From NCBI GenBank assembly GCA_964360065.1, contig CAYHTW010000002.1:2251-66250 (forward strand): a DNA stretch of 64,000 nucleotides, given 5' to 3'. Of this stretch, positions 10,345-20,148 are shown one piece after another. The translations under genes and the position numbers were made by a program. This stretch comes from an uncultured Candidatus Saccharibacteria bacterium (GTDB lineage Bacteria > Patescibacteriota > Minisyncoccia > UBA6257 > Colwellbacteraceae). A model generated the notes under the pieces. It was not told the DNA's origin. It saw only the letters and a list, made by a program, of their open reading frames with translations, and did not search any database. Within the stretch, counting starts at the first letter, position 1. The number at the start of each line of letters is the position of its first letter.

Positions 10345-10753
10345 AGATTTCTTCTCCGTTAACAGGATCGCCTTTTTCTTTAACTAATTTCAGACCGTTG
10401 TATTGTTTCGGATTGTGAGAAGCTGTAACCATCATTCCTCCGTCTGATTTCAAGTGGTTAACTAAAAATGACATTTCTGGAGTAGTAATAAGCCCCGATA
10501 AATGTAGTTTACATTTAGGGCTAGCCTTTTTAATTGATCTTATTAAGGTCCGGTAAAGTGAAACAGAACTAAGACGTGGGTCGTGACCCACCACCAAGCT
10601 CCCCATCTTATTACGTTTTTTATTTCCATTGAGAAGAAGCTTGGTGGCAACTAGGCCTAGTTTACCAATGACTTCTTCGTTAATATTTTTGGGGTAGATC
10701 CCTCTCACGTCGTAAACTCCAAAAATGTTGGATTTATTAAATTTGTTTTTCAT
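10319..10753 (-). CDS. Phosphomannomutase/phosphoglucomutase, domain I (split gene)
   Basis: YDVRG, GHDPR, catalytic TASHNP..YNGLK. Confidence 0.85.
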   Translation of the reverse strand: MKNKFNKSNIFGVYDVRGIYPKNINEEVIGKLGLVATKLLLNGNKKRNKMGSLVVGHDPRLSSVSLYRTLIRSIKKASPKCKLHLSGLITTPEMSFLVNHLKSDGGMMVTASHNPKQYNGLKLVKEKGDPVNGEEIYAIYKKLR

Positions 10754-10844
10754 ATGTCACCTTCGGCTTGAATTTAGACAAAGCACTTAATTGAATTTTA
10801 ACCTAATTTGATGTGTAATTTAAAGGTATAGTAAAAACTCCTTT

Positions 10845-12923
10845 ATGGCTAAGAAAAAACACCAGAATAAAAGACGGGAAGAAACTTTTCACATCATCCA
10901 TCCAGAAGCTAAGTCCAGTATCGTAGCCGTTTTCTCACTGGGATTAGCCGTGGTCTTTGTTTTATCTGGATTCCACGGGGCCGGACCCGTTGGAGAAATG
11001 ATTTTTAATGGGCTCACAAAACTGATGGGCTTGGGTTATTACCTGTTGCCGGCGACTCTCATTGCTATTAGTATCTCTCTTTTCACAAAAGACGCCAAAA
11101 GAATTGTTACGGCCACATTATTTGGCGGATTATTTGTGCTACTTTCCAGCCTCGGCATAATAGACGTTCTTGACCCCGGCCAAGGCGGCTGGCTCGGAGA
11201 AATACTAGGCAGCCTCAATTCCCTCTTCGGTTACTGGGCGGCGCTCACTATTAACTTCACAATATTGCTGGCGGCTCTCATCGCTACCTTCAACACTCCG
11301 ATTAAATTAAGTAAGGGACTGCTCTTCGGTGGTGGCGAGAAAAACGAAAAAGACAGGAAACCAGCCGAAGAACCCAAGTTAAGTTTACCAGAAAGCCCGG
11401 GCATAACCCCTATAGTTGGAGAACATACGGAAGCTACGGAATACAAGGAGAATAAAGAGAAAGAAAATAGAAAGGAGGATAAAGAAACATTTAAGCCTCG
11501 GCACGCTATTAAAACTAATTATGTTTTTCCGCCGCTTAGCCTACTCAAATCAACGAGTGAGAAACCAACCGTAGGAGATCTGAAGGCTAATGCCAATATT
11601 ATCAAAAGAACTTTGGAGAGTTTCGGTATGCCTGTAGAAATGGGAGAAATAACGATTGGGCCCAAAGTAACACGATACACTTTAAAGCCAGCTGAAGGAG
11701 TGAAGTTGTCCAGAATTACGGCCCTGAACCAAGACTTGGCGCTGGCCCTTGCTACCCACCCTATCAGAATAGAAGCTCCTATTCCCGGCAAGTCACTGGT
11801 GGGCATTGAGGTGCCAAATAAAGTAGGCAGTATTGTGCGCTTGGGAGGCTTGCTGAATTATTCGGAGTTCGCCAATTCTCCGTCACTCTGTTTCCCTTTG
11901 GGGCGCGATGTCTCTGGCGACCCGATATTTACTAACCTCTCTAAAATGCCCCACTTGCTCATCGCTGGCTCCACTGGGAGCGGTAAATCAGTAGCGATAC
12001 ACTCTCTTTTAATTTCTCTGCTTTATAAGAACTCACCCGAAACTCTAAGACTAATATTGATAGACCCGAAGCGCGTTGAACTTTCGGTTTATGAAGGTTT
12101 GCCACATTTGGTTTCATCCGTTATTACTGATGGCAAAAAAGCCGTGGCAGCTCTGAGGTTCGGCGTAAACGAGATGGAAAGACGCTACGAGGTTTTACTA
12201 AAAGCTGGTTGCCGCGATATTACGAGTTACAACGACAAAAAGAAAGAAGACCTAATGCCATACCTTGTTATTGTAATTGATGAGCTAGCTGATTTAATGA
12301 TCTCACACGGAAGAGATGTAGAGGGGCTTTCTGTTAGGCTGGCTCAAATGGCTAGGGCCACGGGTATACACTTAATAGTGTCAACGCAGCGACCGTCGGT
12401 AGAAGTCATTACCGGATTGATTAAAGCCAACATCACTTCCAGAATCGCCCTGCAAGTCGCCAGTCAGATTGATTCCAGAACTATTTTAGATATGGCTGGG
12501 GCCGAGAAACTTTTGGGAGGCGGCGATATGCTTTTCATCTCCGGAGAAATCTCCAAACCCAGGAGAATCCAAGGAACTTACGTAACTGATGAAGAAATTA
12601 AAAAAGTAGCCGACTTTATAACTCAAAATAATCTAGAAAATCCGGAAAACCTAAGCGGAGATAGAGAAGAAGGAATCCCGGAAAATAACGGCAAAGAAAC
12701 TTTCAGTAATTATATGGGAAGCGATGACGATGACGATCTGTTTGATGAAGCCCTGGAGGTAGTTAAAGAGGCTCAAAAGGCTTCGGCCTCCCTCCTTCAA
12801 AGAAGGCTTAAAGTCGGTTATGCTAGGGCTGCTAGGCTTCTGGATATAATGGAGTCTAAAAACCTGATTGGCCCCGGCGAAGGAGCTAAGCCTAGAGAGG
12901 TATATATAACTAAAGATGAATAG
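10845..12923 (+). CDS. ftsK: DNA translocase FtsK
   Basis: N-terminal TMs, RIEAPIPGK, GSTGSGKS, DELADLM, gamma domain LQRRLKVGYARAARL. Confidence 0.95.
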   Translation: MAKKKHQNKRREETFHIIHPEAKSSIVAVFSLGLAVVFVLSGFHGAGPVGEMIFNGLTKLMGLGYYLLPATLIAISISLFTKDAKRIVTATLFGGLFVLLSSLGIIDVLDPGQGGWLGEILGSLNSLFGYWAALTINFTILLAALIATFNTPIKLSKGLLFGGGEKNEKDRKPAEEPKLSLPESPGITPIVGEHTEATEYKENKEKENRKEDKETFKPRHAIKTNYVFPPLSLLKSTSEKPTVGDLKANANIIKRTLESFGMPVEMGEITIGPKVTRYTLKPAEGVKLSRITALNQDLALALATHPIRIEAPIPGKSLVGIEVPNKVGSIVRLGGLLNYSEFANSPSLCFPLGRDVSGDPIFTNLSKMPHLLIAGSTGSGKSVAIHSLLISLLYKNSPETLRLILIDPKRVELSVYEGLPHLVSSVITDGKKAVAALRFGVNEMERRYEVLLKAGCRDITSYNDKKKEDLMPYLVIVIDELADLMISHGRDVEGLSVRLAQMARATGIHLIVSTQRPSVEVITGLIKANITSRIALQVASQIDSRTILDMAGAEKLLGGGDMLFISGEISKPRRIQGTYVTDEEIKKVADFITQNNLENPENLSGDREEGIPENNGKETFSNYMGSDDDDDLFDEALEVVKEAQKASASLLQRRLKVGYARAARLLDIMESKNLIGPGEGAKPREVYITKDE

Positions 12924-13605
12924 AGAAGGACAAATGGGGATATCGAAATTACTCGGAGAACTTTTAGAAGAAAGAGGTATTAACCCTGAGAAATTAAGCT
13001 ACGCTACTAACGTTCCGACTCGTTTTGTTACCGCTCTCTTAGAGGGCAACTTTAAAGAACTACCAGCTAAACCGTATGTCAGGGGTTATCTTATTAAGAT
13101 TGCCGCCGCGCTGGGCGTGGAAGACGAAGTTATTATGGAAGCTTACCGGGAAAGCACAGAAATCAGAAGCTCTGGGGGCAATGATAAGCTCCCTATGAAC
13201 CGTTTTGCTATTCAAAAAATAAATAAGAACTTTATAATCGTGGCTGTTGTCATTTTGGGGCTACTAATTTTCTTGGGACTTAGAATAAACGATATTATGG
13301 GTACCCCAACCCTGCAGGTCAATCTCCCAGAAAATCCATTTTCCACAAACGACCAGACTTTGAAGATAATCGGCAAGATGAGCGCTAAGGACAAACTCAC
13401 CCTCAATCAGGAAATAGTTTATACTAATCGGGACGGAACGTTCCAAAAAGACGTAACTCTCTCCCCTGGTTTGAACACTTTTGAGTTTGATGCCACTAGA
13501 TTTCTGGGACGCGAGACTAAAATCGTGAGACAAGTTGTCTACGAAGAACCTCAACCGGTTACTCCAGATAATCAAGGTAGTAATCAACAAAATAAACCAC
13601 AATAA
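12916..13605 (+). CDS. RodZ-like HTH membrane protein with Ig-like C-terminus
   Basis: HTH with LPAKPYVRGYL, one TM, follows ftsK. Confidence 0.7.
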   Translation: MNREGQMGISKLLGELLEERGINPEKLSYATNVPTRFVTALLEGNFKELPAKPYVRGYLIKIAAALGVEDEVIMEAYRESTEIRSSGGNDKLPMNRFAIQKINKNFIIVAVVILGLLIFLGLRINDIMGTPTLQVNLPENPFSTNDQTLKIIGKMSAKDKLTLNQEIVYTNRDGTFQKDVTLSPGLNTFEFDATRFLGRETKIVRQVVYEEPQPVTPDNQGSNQQNKPQ

Positions 13606-13612
13606 AAAATAA

Positions 13613-14644
13613 ATGAGTCCAAAACAAAGTAAAAAAGAAATAAAGACTGACGAGAATAAAGAACTGGATAATCTTCTACAAAGTCTCCGAGACAAGTTCG
13701 GAGACGGAGCTATTATGCGCTTGGGTGACGTAAATAAGACTGGTGTTGCCGTCATACCAACAGGCTCTTTCTCCCTTGACCTTGCACTCGGCGTAGGAGG
13801 ATTACCACGCGGCAGAGTGGTAGAGATATTCGGTCCAGAATCCAGCGGTAAAACAACCTTAGCCTTAAATGTTGTGGCCCAGGCCCAGAAACAGGGTGGG
13901 AAGGCAGCGTTTATAGATGCCGAGCATGCTATGGATCCTGAATACGCCAAGAAGCTCGGAGTAAACATTAATAACTTACTTATCTCCCAGCCAGACAGCG
14001 GTGAGGAAGCTTTGAATATACTGGAAAGTTTAGTTCGTTCTGGAATGATATCTGTTGTAGTGGTTGACTCGGTGGCCGCCTTAACCCCAAAAGCGGAACT
14101 TGAAGGCGAAATGGGAGACCAGCACGTAGGTCGCCAAGCGAGAATGATGGGTCAGGCCCTAAGGAAGCTCACGGCTATCGCTAACAACAGCCAAACTCTT
14201 ATTATTTTTATCAATCAGATTAGAATGAAAATAGGCATCATGTTCGGCAACCCCGAAACAACTCCTGGCGGCAGGGCACTTCCTTTTGCCTCTTCAGTTA
14301 GAATTGATATCCGTAAAATTGCCCAGATAAAAAAGGGTGAAGCGGTTGTTGGTAACCGCGTTAGAGCTAAAGTAGTTAAAAATAAAGTTTCGGCTCCTTT
14401 CAGGTCAGCCGAGTTTGATATACTTTTCGGCGAAGGAATTTCTTACGAAGGAGACGTCTTGAATACCGGAGTTAATTATGGAGTGGTGACTAAATCCGGC
14501 GCCAGTTACACTTTTGAAGAAGAAAAGCTGGGTGTCGGCTTTGATAACGTCAGAGATAAACTCAAAGAAGATAAAAAGCTAGCCGAGGCCATCAAGAAAA
14601 AAGTTATGGCCACTATTGATTCTCAGCCTAAAACTCAGGCCTAG
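13613..14644 (+). CDS. recA: Recombinase RecA
   Basis: [27 protein letters not shown]. Confidence 0.98.
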   Translation: MSPKQSKKEIKTDENKELDNLLQSLRDKFGDGAIMRLGDVNKTGVAVIPTGSFSLDLALGVGGLPRGRVVEIFGPESSGKTTLALNVVAQAQKQGGKAAFIDAEHAMDPEYAKKLGVNINNLLISQPDSGEEALNILESLVRSGMISVVVVDSVAALTPKAELEGEMGDQHVGRQARMMGQALRKLTAIANNSQTLIIFINQIRMKIGIMFGNPETTPGGRALPFASSVRIDIRKIAQIKKGEAVVGNRVRAKVVKNKVSAPFRSAEFDILFGEGISYEGDVLNTGVNYGVVTKSGASYTFEEEKLGVGFDNVRDKLKEDKKLAEAIKKKVMATIDSQPKTQA

Positions 14645-14815
14645 CTATTCTTTATTAAGAAGAAAAAAATTCTCCAGTAGTTTAGCTATTAAGATAGGCC
14701 CCGTACCGCCTGGGGTTGGTGTATAGAAGGAAAGTTTATCCAGTTGCCCCTTGTCATTTCCAGTATCAAAATCTCCGGATAACCTCCCGTCTGGAAAGTA
14801 ATAGTGTTTTATTTT
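14645..14815 (-). pseudogene. folD: C-terminal remnant of a FolD-like gene
   Basis: Translates ...GRLSGDFD...FYTPTPGGTGPILIAKLLENF...*; in-frame TAA at 14816-14818 and no start codon. Confidence 0.65.
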
Positions 14816-15243
14816 TTAAGGATGGCGTCGTGGATTTCTTGTGTTAGTTGATTATTCACTTTGACAAGTCTATTAATCTCGTCTTGAAGTTTTAAAATAG
14901 CTTCGACGTCTTTAAAAGACTGCTCCGCCTGCTTGTCGGAGGCGCGGCTTAAAACCTGCTGGCCCACGGCCAATATTGGCAGAGCTAGAAGCTGGACTAT
15001 ATTGCTCAAGAAAAGCAGGAAAATGAAAGGATAAGGATCTTGCTTAAAAAAACCGATACTCAACGTAGCGAGAACTATCCAGCCAGTCATCCACAGCGAA
15101 AGGACATAGAAAGCCCCCATACTCCCAAACTTGTTAGTTATAAAAAGAGCTAAACGTCCATTGAAGCCGATGTGCTCGTTCTTAGTAAGCCGAGGGCCGG
15201 CTTTTTCTCTTTCTTTGATCCAAGGATGAGGAATATGTTCCAT
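14809..15243 (-). CDS. DUF1003-like membrane protein
   Basis: FGSMGAF, DPYPFIFLLFLSN, PILAVGQ; start MEHIPH. Confidence 0.75.
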   Translation of the reverse strand: MEHIPHPWIKEREKAGPRLTKNEHIGFNGRLALFITNKFGSMGAFYVLSLWMTGWIVLATLSIGFFKQDPYPFIFLLFLSNIVQLLALPILAVGQQVLSRASDKQAEQSFKDVEAILKLQDEINRLVKVNNQLTQEIHDAILKK

Positions 15244-15264
15244 TAGGTTTATTATACACCAATT

Positions 15265-15290
15265 AAAACAAAGCCCGCCCAAAGGACGGG
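15265..15290 (-). terminator. Intrinsic terminator after the small basic ORF
   Basis: CCCGTCC-ttt-GGGCGGG followed by CTTTGTTTT on the minus strand. Confidence 0.65.
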
Positions 15291-15299
15291 TGGGCCAGC

Positions 15300-15422
15300 C
15301 TACTTGCGTCGCTTCTTTTTCCTTCCCTCCAACATAAGCCTCTTTATCTCCAGTCGCTTCTTTGTTTTGTGTGAATGTGATTTTTTACGTTTACTTGTTA
15401 GTCCTGAAGTTCTTTTTGCCAT
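15300..15422 (-). CDS. 40-aa highly basic protein (below ORF-track cutoff)
   Basis: MAKRTSGLTSKRKKSHSHKTKKRLEIKRLMLEGRKKKRRK*, own terminator. Confidence 0.7.
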   Translation of the reverse strand: MAKRTSGLTSKRKKSHSHKTKKRLEIKRLMLEGRKKKRRK

Positions 15423-15509
15423 ATTATAAATATATTAGTTAATTATTCTTTAATTAGGCGAAGTATAACAGAATTTACCGGCAAAGGGAAATATTCTTAT
15501 TAGCTTGTT

Positions 15510-15583
15510 TGGGTGCCCAACGGGATTCGAACCCGTGATGAGAGTTCCACAAACTCTAGTGTTACCACTACACCATGGGCACC
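15510..15583 (-). tRNA. tRNA-His(GTG)
   Basis: Cloverleaf, anticodon arm AGAGT-TTGTGGA-ACTCT, encoded G-1, GTTCGAATCC. Confidence 0.95.
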
Positions 15584-15790
15584 ATAATTACGGTCAAATA
15601 TTAGCTGCTCTAAACCATAAGAGCAAGTTCAATTAAAGTTGAGATCGTTAAGGGCCTCTATGTTCATAATGTGTGACGATTTCATTAATGAAACCGATAT
15701 CGTATCAAGCCTGAAAGTCTCAGACTCAATGAGCTCTAACTTGGTGCCGCAATAGGGAATTAAACACCTTTAGTCTTTCTTAATTTTTTG

Positions 15791-15862
15791 TGCCGGACCC
15801 CAGAGTCGAACTGGGCACGCCTGCCTCTTCAGGGCAGCGCTCTACCGATGAGCTAGTCCGGC
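15791..15862 (-). tRNA. tRNA-Phe(GAA)
   Basis: Anticodon arm CTGCC-CTGAAGA-GGCAG, GTTCGACTC. Confidence 0.95.
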
Positions 15863-15951
15863 TTAACGGACAAAATTGTAGCATCGGCTTTCCGTAAATT
15901 GCAATCAGAAAAAATTTCATATACTCTTCGTTAGAAATAGCCGCCCCGTAA

Positions 15952-16023
15952 GCCCTCATAGTTCAATGGATAGAACAATTCCGTCCTAAGGAAAAAATGG
16001 GAGTTCGATTCTCTCTGAGGGCA
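15952..16023 (+). tRNA. tRNA-Arg(CCT)
   Basis: GCCCTCA...TGAGGGC acceptor, loop GTCCTAA, GTTCGATTC. Confidence 0.9.
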
Positions 16024-16024
16024 C

Positions 16025-16064
16025 AAAATAAAATCACCCAGCCTAGGCTGGGTGATTTTATTTT
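16025..16064. terminator. Bidirectional terminator
   Basis: Perfect palindrome AAAATAAAATCACCCAGCCTAGGCTGGGTGATTTTATTTT between tRNA-Arg and csp. Confidence 0.85.
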
Positions 16065-16072
16065 ATAGTATC

Positions 16073-16270
16073 TTAGGCGCGTGAAACATTCGTAGCGCTG
16101 GGTCCCTTTTCGGTATCCACCACTTCAAATGAGACAACATCGCCAACCTTGAGTTCATCGTACATAACGCCCTGCAACTCCTTGGAGTGAAAGAAAATAT
16201 CTTTCTGTCCGTCTTCGCGGGCGATAAATCCGAAACCCTTCTGGGTCAAGGTCTTTATTGTTCCTGTCAT
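16073..16270 (-). CDS. Cold-shock domain protein
   Basis: KGFGFI and DIFFH RNP motifs, GPSATNV. Confidence 0.95.
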   Translation of the reverse strand: MTGTIKTLTQKGFGFIAREDGQKDIFFHSKELQGVMYDELKVGDVVSFEVVDTEKGPSATNVSRA

Positions 16271-16471
16271 TTATTTTTTTGTATTTTGTGTAAGAAACTC
16301 GACTTGTTGCTTAACTTGAACTAAGTATAGCATAAACGCTAATAGTTTGCAATCAGGCTCGACCTTTAAGCTAGCCTGGGGTTATAAATCTATGGATAAG
16401 GGGGGTAGGCGAACCAGAATGGTCAAGGGCCTCTTCTCCAGTTATAATCAGATTAAACTCTTACTCTACTA

Positions 16472-17023
16472 ATGCACCCTTTAAAGTTTTTTATGCGATC
16501 TATGCGGAATTGGAAAACTATTGGTACGCCAATGCCCTCTTCACTTATCGCCTCTAAAAAAATGGCCGATCCAGTTGATTTCGGTTCCGCAAGATGTGTA
16601 GTGGAACTCGGAGCAGGCTCGGGACCGATAACTAAAGAATTATTAAAGAGGTTGCATCCAGAGGCCAAGCTTTTTGTTTTTGAGAGAGTAAAAGATTTTT
16701 CGGACTTGATTAGAGATTTCAACGACCCGCGACTCACTGTCGTAAATGACTCAGCAGAGAAACTCATCCCTATTTTGAAATCTTATGGAGTAGAGATGGT
16801 GGACGCCGTGGTTTCAACGCTCCCGCTCGCTCTGATGGACAAAGAGGTTAAAGAAAATATATACTCCTCTATTTCCAAAATTCTGCGTCCTGGGAGTCCT
16901 TACGTTCAGATACAGTATTCTCTGCTTTCCAAACGTGAACTCAAAAAGAATTTTTCTAAAGTTAGTTTAAGATTTACTATACTTAATTTCCCTCCTTCTT
17001 TTTTCTACACCTGCAGAGTTTAA
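16472..17023 (+). CDS. SAM-dependent methyltransferase, PmtA-like phospholipid N-methyltransferase family
   Basis: IGTPMPSS, VVELGAGSGPIT, VVSTLPL, QIQYS, NFPP. Confidence 0.75.
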   Translation: MHPLKFFMRSMRNWKTIGTPMPSSLIASKKMADPVDFGSARCVVELGAGSGPITKELLKRLHPEAKLFVFERVKDFSDLIRDFNDPRLTVVNDSAEKLIPILKSYGVEMVDAVVSTLPLALMDKEVKENIYSSISKILRPGSPYVQIQYSLLSKRELKKNFSKVSLRFTILNFPPSFFYTCRV

Positions 17024-17380
17024 GAAGAAAGCTTGGGAACGGTTTTTGATAATCAACACTAAGGCAATGGTAGCTATGGATACGTCTCTGAAAATCACTT
17101 GAAAATCACCTAAATCAAAGAAGACTATGGCGAATAATAGGATGAAGGCAGCTAAGCTCGGCCAAAAGACTTTCCAGCCCGAAAGAATCCATAAAGCTAT
17201 TATAATTTCTACAACTCCGAAAGAGTGCAAGAGAACTGCGTCAGGCACAAATCCCCGCATAAAAGCAGGGAAGTAGCCGATCCAAGAGTAAGGATCAAAG
17301 AAGGCATTGATAGGAGGGAAAAGGAAGGAAAAAGCCAATCCTCCCCTCAAAACCCAGTCGATAAGTTTATCTAGATTCAT
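16967..17380 (-). CDS. DoxX-like membrane protein
   Basis: LRGGLAFSFL, FGVVEIIIALWILSG, IFRDV; start MNLDK. Confidence 0.7.
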   Translation of the reverse strand: MNLDKLIDWVLRGGLAFSFLFPPINAFFDPYSWIGYFPAFMRGFVPDAVLLHSFGVVEIIIALWILSGWKVFWPSLAAFILLFAIVFFDLGDFQVIFRDVSIATIALVLIIKNRSQAFFLNSAGVEKRRREIKYSKS

Positions 17381-17537
17381 TACCGACATTAGCAGCGCTG
17401 TCGTTGGTGGTTGCGGGTTGATTAGTGGCAGTGTCTGGAGCTTGAGTTGATTGTGGCTGGGCGTAAAGGACGTAGACAATTCCTACTACAACCGCCACAA
17501 CAATCACGGCTGCTATAATTTTGTTATTACTGTTCAT
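17367..17537 (-). CDS. 56-aa membrane-anchored small protein (not in ORF track)
   Basis: MNSNNKIIAAVIVVAVVVGIVYVLYAQPQSTQ...NESR*; upstream TATAAT; overlaps the start of the DoxX-like gene. Confidence 0.65.
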   Translation of the reverse strand: MNSNNKIIAAVIVVAVVVGIVYVLYAQPQSTQAPDTATNQPATTNDSAANVGNESR

Positions 17538-17675
17538 TCTGAATATATTTGTTTTTTTAATAGCGACTTATTAATCTTACAGACTATAATTATAGCATAG
17601 ATGTAACCGCGAATTATGGAAGTTGCTAAGGAAGCTCCGATAAATTAGAATCAATTTATTCGTAAATGAGGCTAT

Positions 17676-17747
17676 GCCCTTGTAGCTCAATGGATAGAGC
17701 AGTGCTCTTCTAAGGCATTGATGCGGGTTCGATTCCTGCCGGGGGCA
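17676..17747 (+). tRNA. tRNA-Arg(TCT)
   Basis: Anticodon arm GTGCT-CTTCTAA-GGCAT. Confidence 0.95.
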
Positions 17748-17752
17748 CATTT

Positions 17753-17823
17753 CGGGCCGTCGTATACCGGTAGTACGCTTGCTTTGGGAGCAAGATGACC
17801 GAGTTCGATTCTCGGCGGCCCGA
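17753..17823 (+). tRNA. tRNA-Pro(TGG)
   Basis: CGGGCCG acceptor, CTTGC-TTTGGGA-GCAAG. Confidence 0.95.
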
Positions 17824-17854
17824 CTAGATAGAAAATAAAAGATGGGTCCGATGG

Positions 17855-18463
17855 TTATTTGGTGAGGTTATCAAATTGACTCATTAAATCCTTATATTTA
17901 TTGTTTAAGTCGTTAATTGCTTTAGCTTCGTCATTCATTGAAGAGATTAATTCTTTCACCTTCTCCTTAGCATTAGGTACGCTTCCAGAATTACTGAACC
18001 TGCTTAGTAAGACGTCCAAGAGTTGACGAACGTCAGCGTTGTAGTTTATAAGCCTTTGCACTATTTGAGATTCGTTCAAAACAGCCTCCAGACCAATACG
18101 GGCTGCATTTTCCGGTTTAACAGAATTAAGATTATTAGTCATTACTCCTAGTTGCGTAGAGAGATCGTAGGCTTTAACGAAAGCTGCTTCGTTGTCCTGA
18201 ATTTCTTTTGAAACCAAGTTCAAGCCATCTGTATAATTCCCTCTTTCGTCGGCCTGTCTAATATTCTCCAAATTAGCTATTGATGTTTCGGAAGAAGCGA
18301 CAATTTCTTCGGCAATAATAGCTCCCCTACCACGGGCGTCAGTAAAGTCTTGGGGTACAAATGTCTTTGGGAAACTGATAACCAGGACGACTTTAACTAG
18401 AAAGTAAATGGCTACCAAGCCCACCACCATTACAGAGGCTGTCCTAAACCAGTATTTCTTCAT
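17855..18463 (-). CDS. Membrane-anchored helical hypothetical protein
   Basis: N-terminal TM then coiled-coil-like sequence; start MKKYWF. Confidence 0.7.
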   Translation of the reverse strand: MKKYWFRTASVMVVGLVAIYFLVKVVLVISFPKTFVPQDFTDARGRGAIIAEEIVASSETSIANLENIRQADERGNYTDGLNLVSKEIQDNEAAFVKAYDLSTQLGVMTNNLNSVKPENAARIGLEAVLNESQIVQRLINYNADVRQLLDVLLSRFSNSGSVPNAKEKVKELISSMNDEAKAINDLNNKYKDLMSQFDNLTK

Positions 18464-18547
18464 TATGTGCATTGTCGGCATATCCATAAAATCTATTCAA
18501 TTTCTTTACAAGAATCAAGCATTCAATTAAAATGACGTAGATTTAAA

Positions 18548-18621
18548 GCGGGATTAGTATAGTGGCAGTACGCTACCTTGCCAAGGTAATGGCGCCGGTT
18601 CGATTCCGGTATCCCGCTCCA
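18548..18621 (+). tRNA. tRNA-Gly(GCC)
   Basis: GCGGGAT acceptor, loop TTGCCAA, encoded CCA. Confidence 0.95.
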
Positions 18622-18690
18622 GTATCAAACAGAGTCAGTACGATTCAAGATCCGTATAGTCATTCATGCTAGTTAAAATTTATTGGAAAG

Positions 18691-19647
18691 TTATGCATCA
18701 CATCTGTTTCCGCTTTGTGAACTGTTTGGCGCGGTAACCTGCGAAGCTATTTGCGCGTAACCAGACGCGCTGGAATAATTGGCTCCGAGAATTTCCTGCG
18801 GGTTCACGTCTTTCCAATCAACTCCTTTACTTTTCATGTAAGTTGCTATGGTGAGGTAGGTATCCGGGAACCAATAGGAATTCACGGTCAGAGCTGTCTT
18901 CCATATGACTTGCTCGCCAACTCCCTGCGAAGCCATAAGCTCTAGAAGTCCGAGCATAGCCATACCATGATTGCAGTCTGGAAAATAGGTTGAGTTATTA
19001 CAACACGGCCTGTATATGCCCCTTGATACTTTATCCACAAGAGCCTGCTGTTCCGGCGTCAATGTGAAAAACATATGCCGGCTATAGTGATCCATAGAAT
19101 CTCCCCTAGATATCGTCCATCCTCCGGTTGAGGCAAAATTCTGCACTCCGCCGTAAGCCGGATTTACCATCTCGCCTGATTCTAGTATCGGGTTTTTACT
19201 GGCGAGACCGAGTGCCCAAAATAGATTTAACAAATAGCCTGCGTTATCCTTTGTCATTTTAAGATTGCCATCGCTTTGCCCTAGAAGTAGGTTTTTGTAT
19301 TCATCTGTAAAAGCTCTTCTTTCTTCGTATATGGCTTTAAATCTATCGGCATCGATTGCGCCCACACTGACAAGTTTTACACCAAGATCGCCCCAGGTGA
19401 CCGGCAGAACAACTCCTCCAGGCGGAAATACTTTTTCTTCCAGCATGGATACCTGTGTTTTTTCCGATTCCGCCACGCCAGTCGATTTTTGCTGGATATT
19501 CTCGGCTTTGAACCCAGTTGTGTATACCAACGCGCTTGCCAAAATTACTGCTGAAATAAGAGTGCTGACAGGAAACGTATGGTTTTCTTTAGCCTGTTCA
19601 ACTGGCTGAGAATTTTCAATTATCTGTTTTGGTGTCTTGTCTTCCAT
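18691..19647 (-). CDS. Exported hypothetical protein with RPCC-x8-CNH motif
   Basis: N-terminal TM; RPCCNNSTYFPDCNHGMA; last gene of the Cu cluster. Confidence 0.8.
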   Translation of the reverse strand: MEDKTPKQIIENSQPVEQAKENHTFPVSTLISAVILASALVYTTGFKAENIQQKSTGVAESEKTQVSMLEEKVFPPGGVVLPVTWGDLGVKLVSVGAIDADRFKAIYEERRAFTDEYKNLLLGQSDGNLKMTKDNAGYLLNLFWALGLASKNPILESGEMVNPAYGGVQNFASTGGWTISRGDSMDHYSRHMFFTLTPEQQALVDKVSRGIYRPCCNNSTYFPDCNHGMAMLGLLELMASQGVGEQVIWKTALTVNSYWFPDTYLTIATYMKSKGVDWKDVNPQEILGANYSSASGYAQIASQVTAPNSSQSGNRCDA

Positions 19648-19655
19648 AGTTCTAT

Positions 19656-20129
19656 CTATTCATCACAGCAATCGGCCAGTTTGTTCACTAACTCTTCCAG
19701 CTGAGAACTGTCTTTTGCTGTTGTTTTTATTTTATGACCGCTGATTAAGTTAAGTTTAAGCGCCCAAAAGATCGAATAAATCTTATAAGCCTTCTCAAAC
19801 ATACTCTTTGCTTCGTCTTTTTTGTTTTCGGATTGCAATTTGTTGCCGACCTCAGTGAGCCGCATGGCGGTAGCCAAGAGGTGCTTGGAAATACACCACG
19901 TTTCTCCTTCGTGATTTGGCATGAGTTTTGCTAAAAGTTCTTTCCGAATACTCCGAATTTCCTGTGATGTGTCGAAATACTCGTCTTTTTTGGTTTTCAC
20001 GCCTGTAAAGAAAAAATGCTCTTCAAGACTGATGAGATTCATCACCGCCAAACTCAAATCTTCTGCAATAGATAAATCTACTCCGGCTTTTTCTTTAAGA
20101 GAGTTTATTTTTGCTAGGAATTTATCCAT
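19656..20129 (-). CDS. Hypothetical helical protein with putative metal ligands
   Basis: LEEHFFF, WCISKH, C-terminal CCDE; start likely MDKFL (alternative 20174). Confidence 0.75.
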   Translation of the reverse strand: MDKFLAKINSLKEKAGVDLSIAEDLSLAVMNLISLEEHFFFTGVKTKKDEYFDTSQEIRSIRKELLAKLMPNHEGETWCISKHLLATAMRLTEVGNKLQSENKKDEAKSMFEKAYKIYSIFWALKLNLISGHKIKTTAKDSSQLEELVNKLADCCDE

Positions 20130-20148
20130 TGTTAATGTTTTAGTGTTC

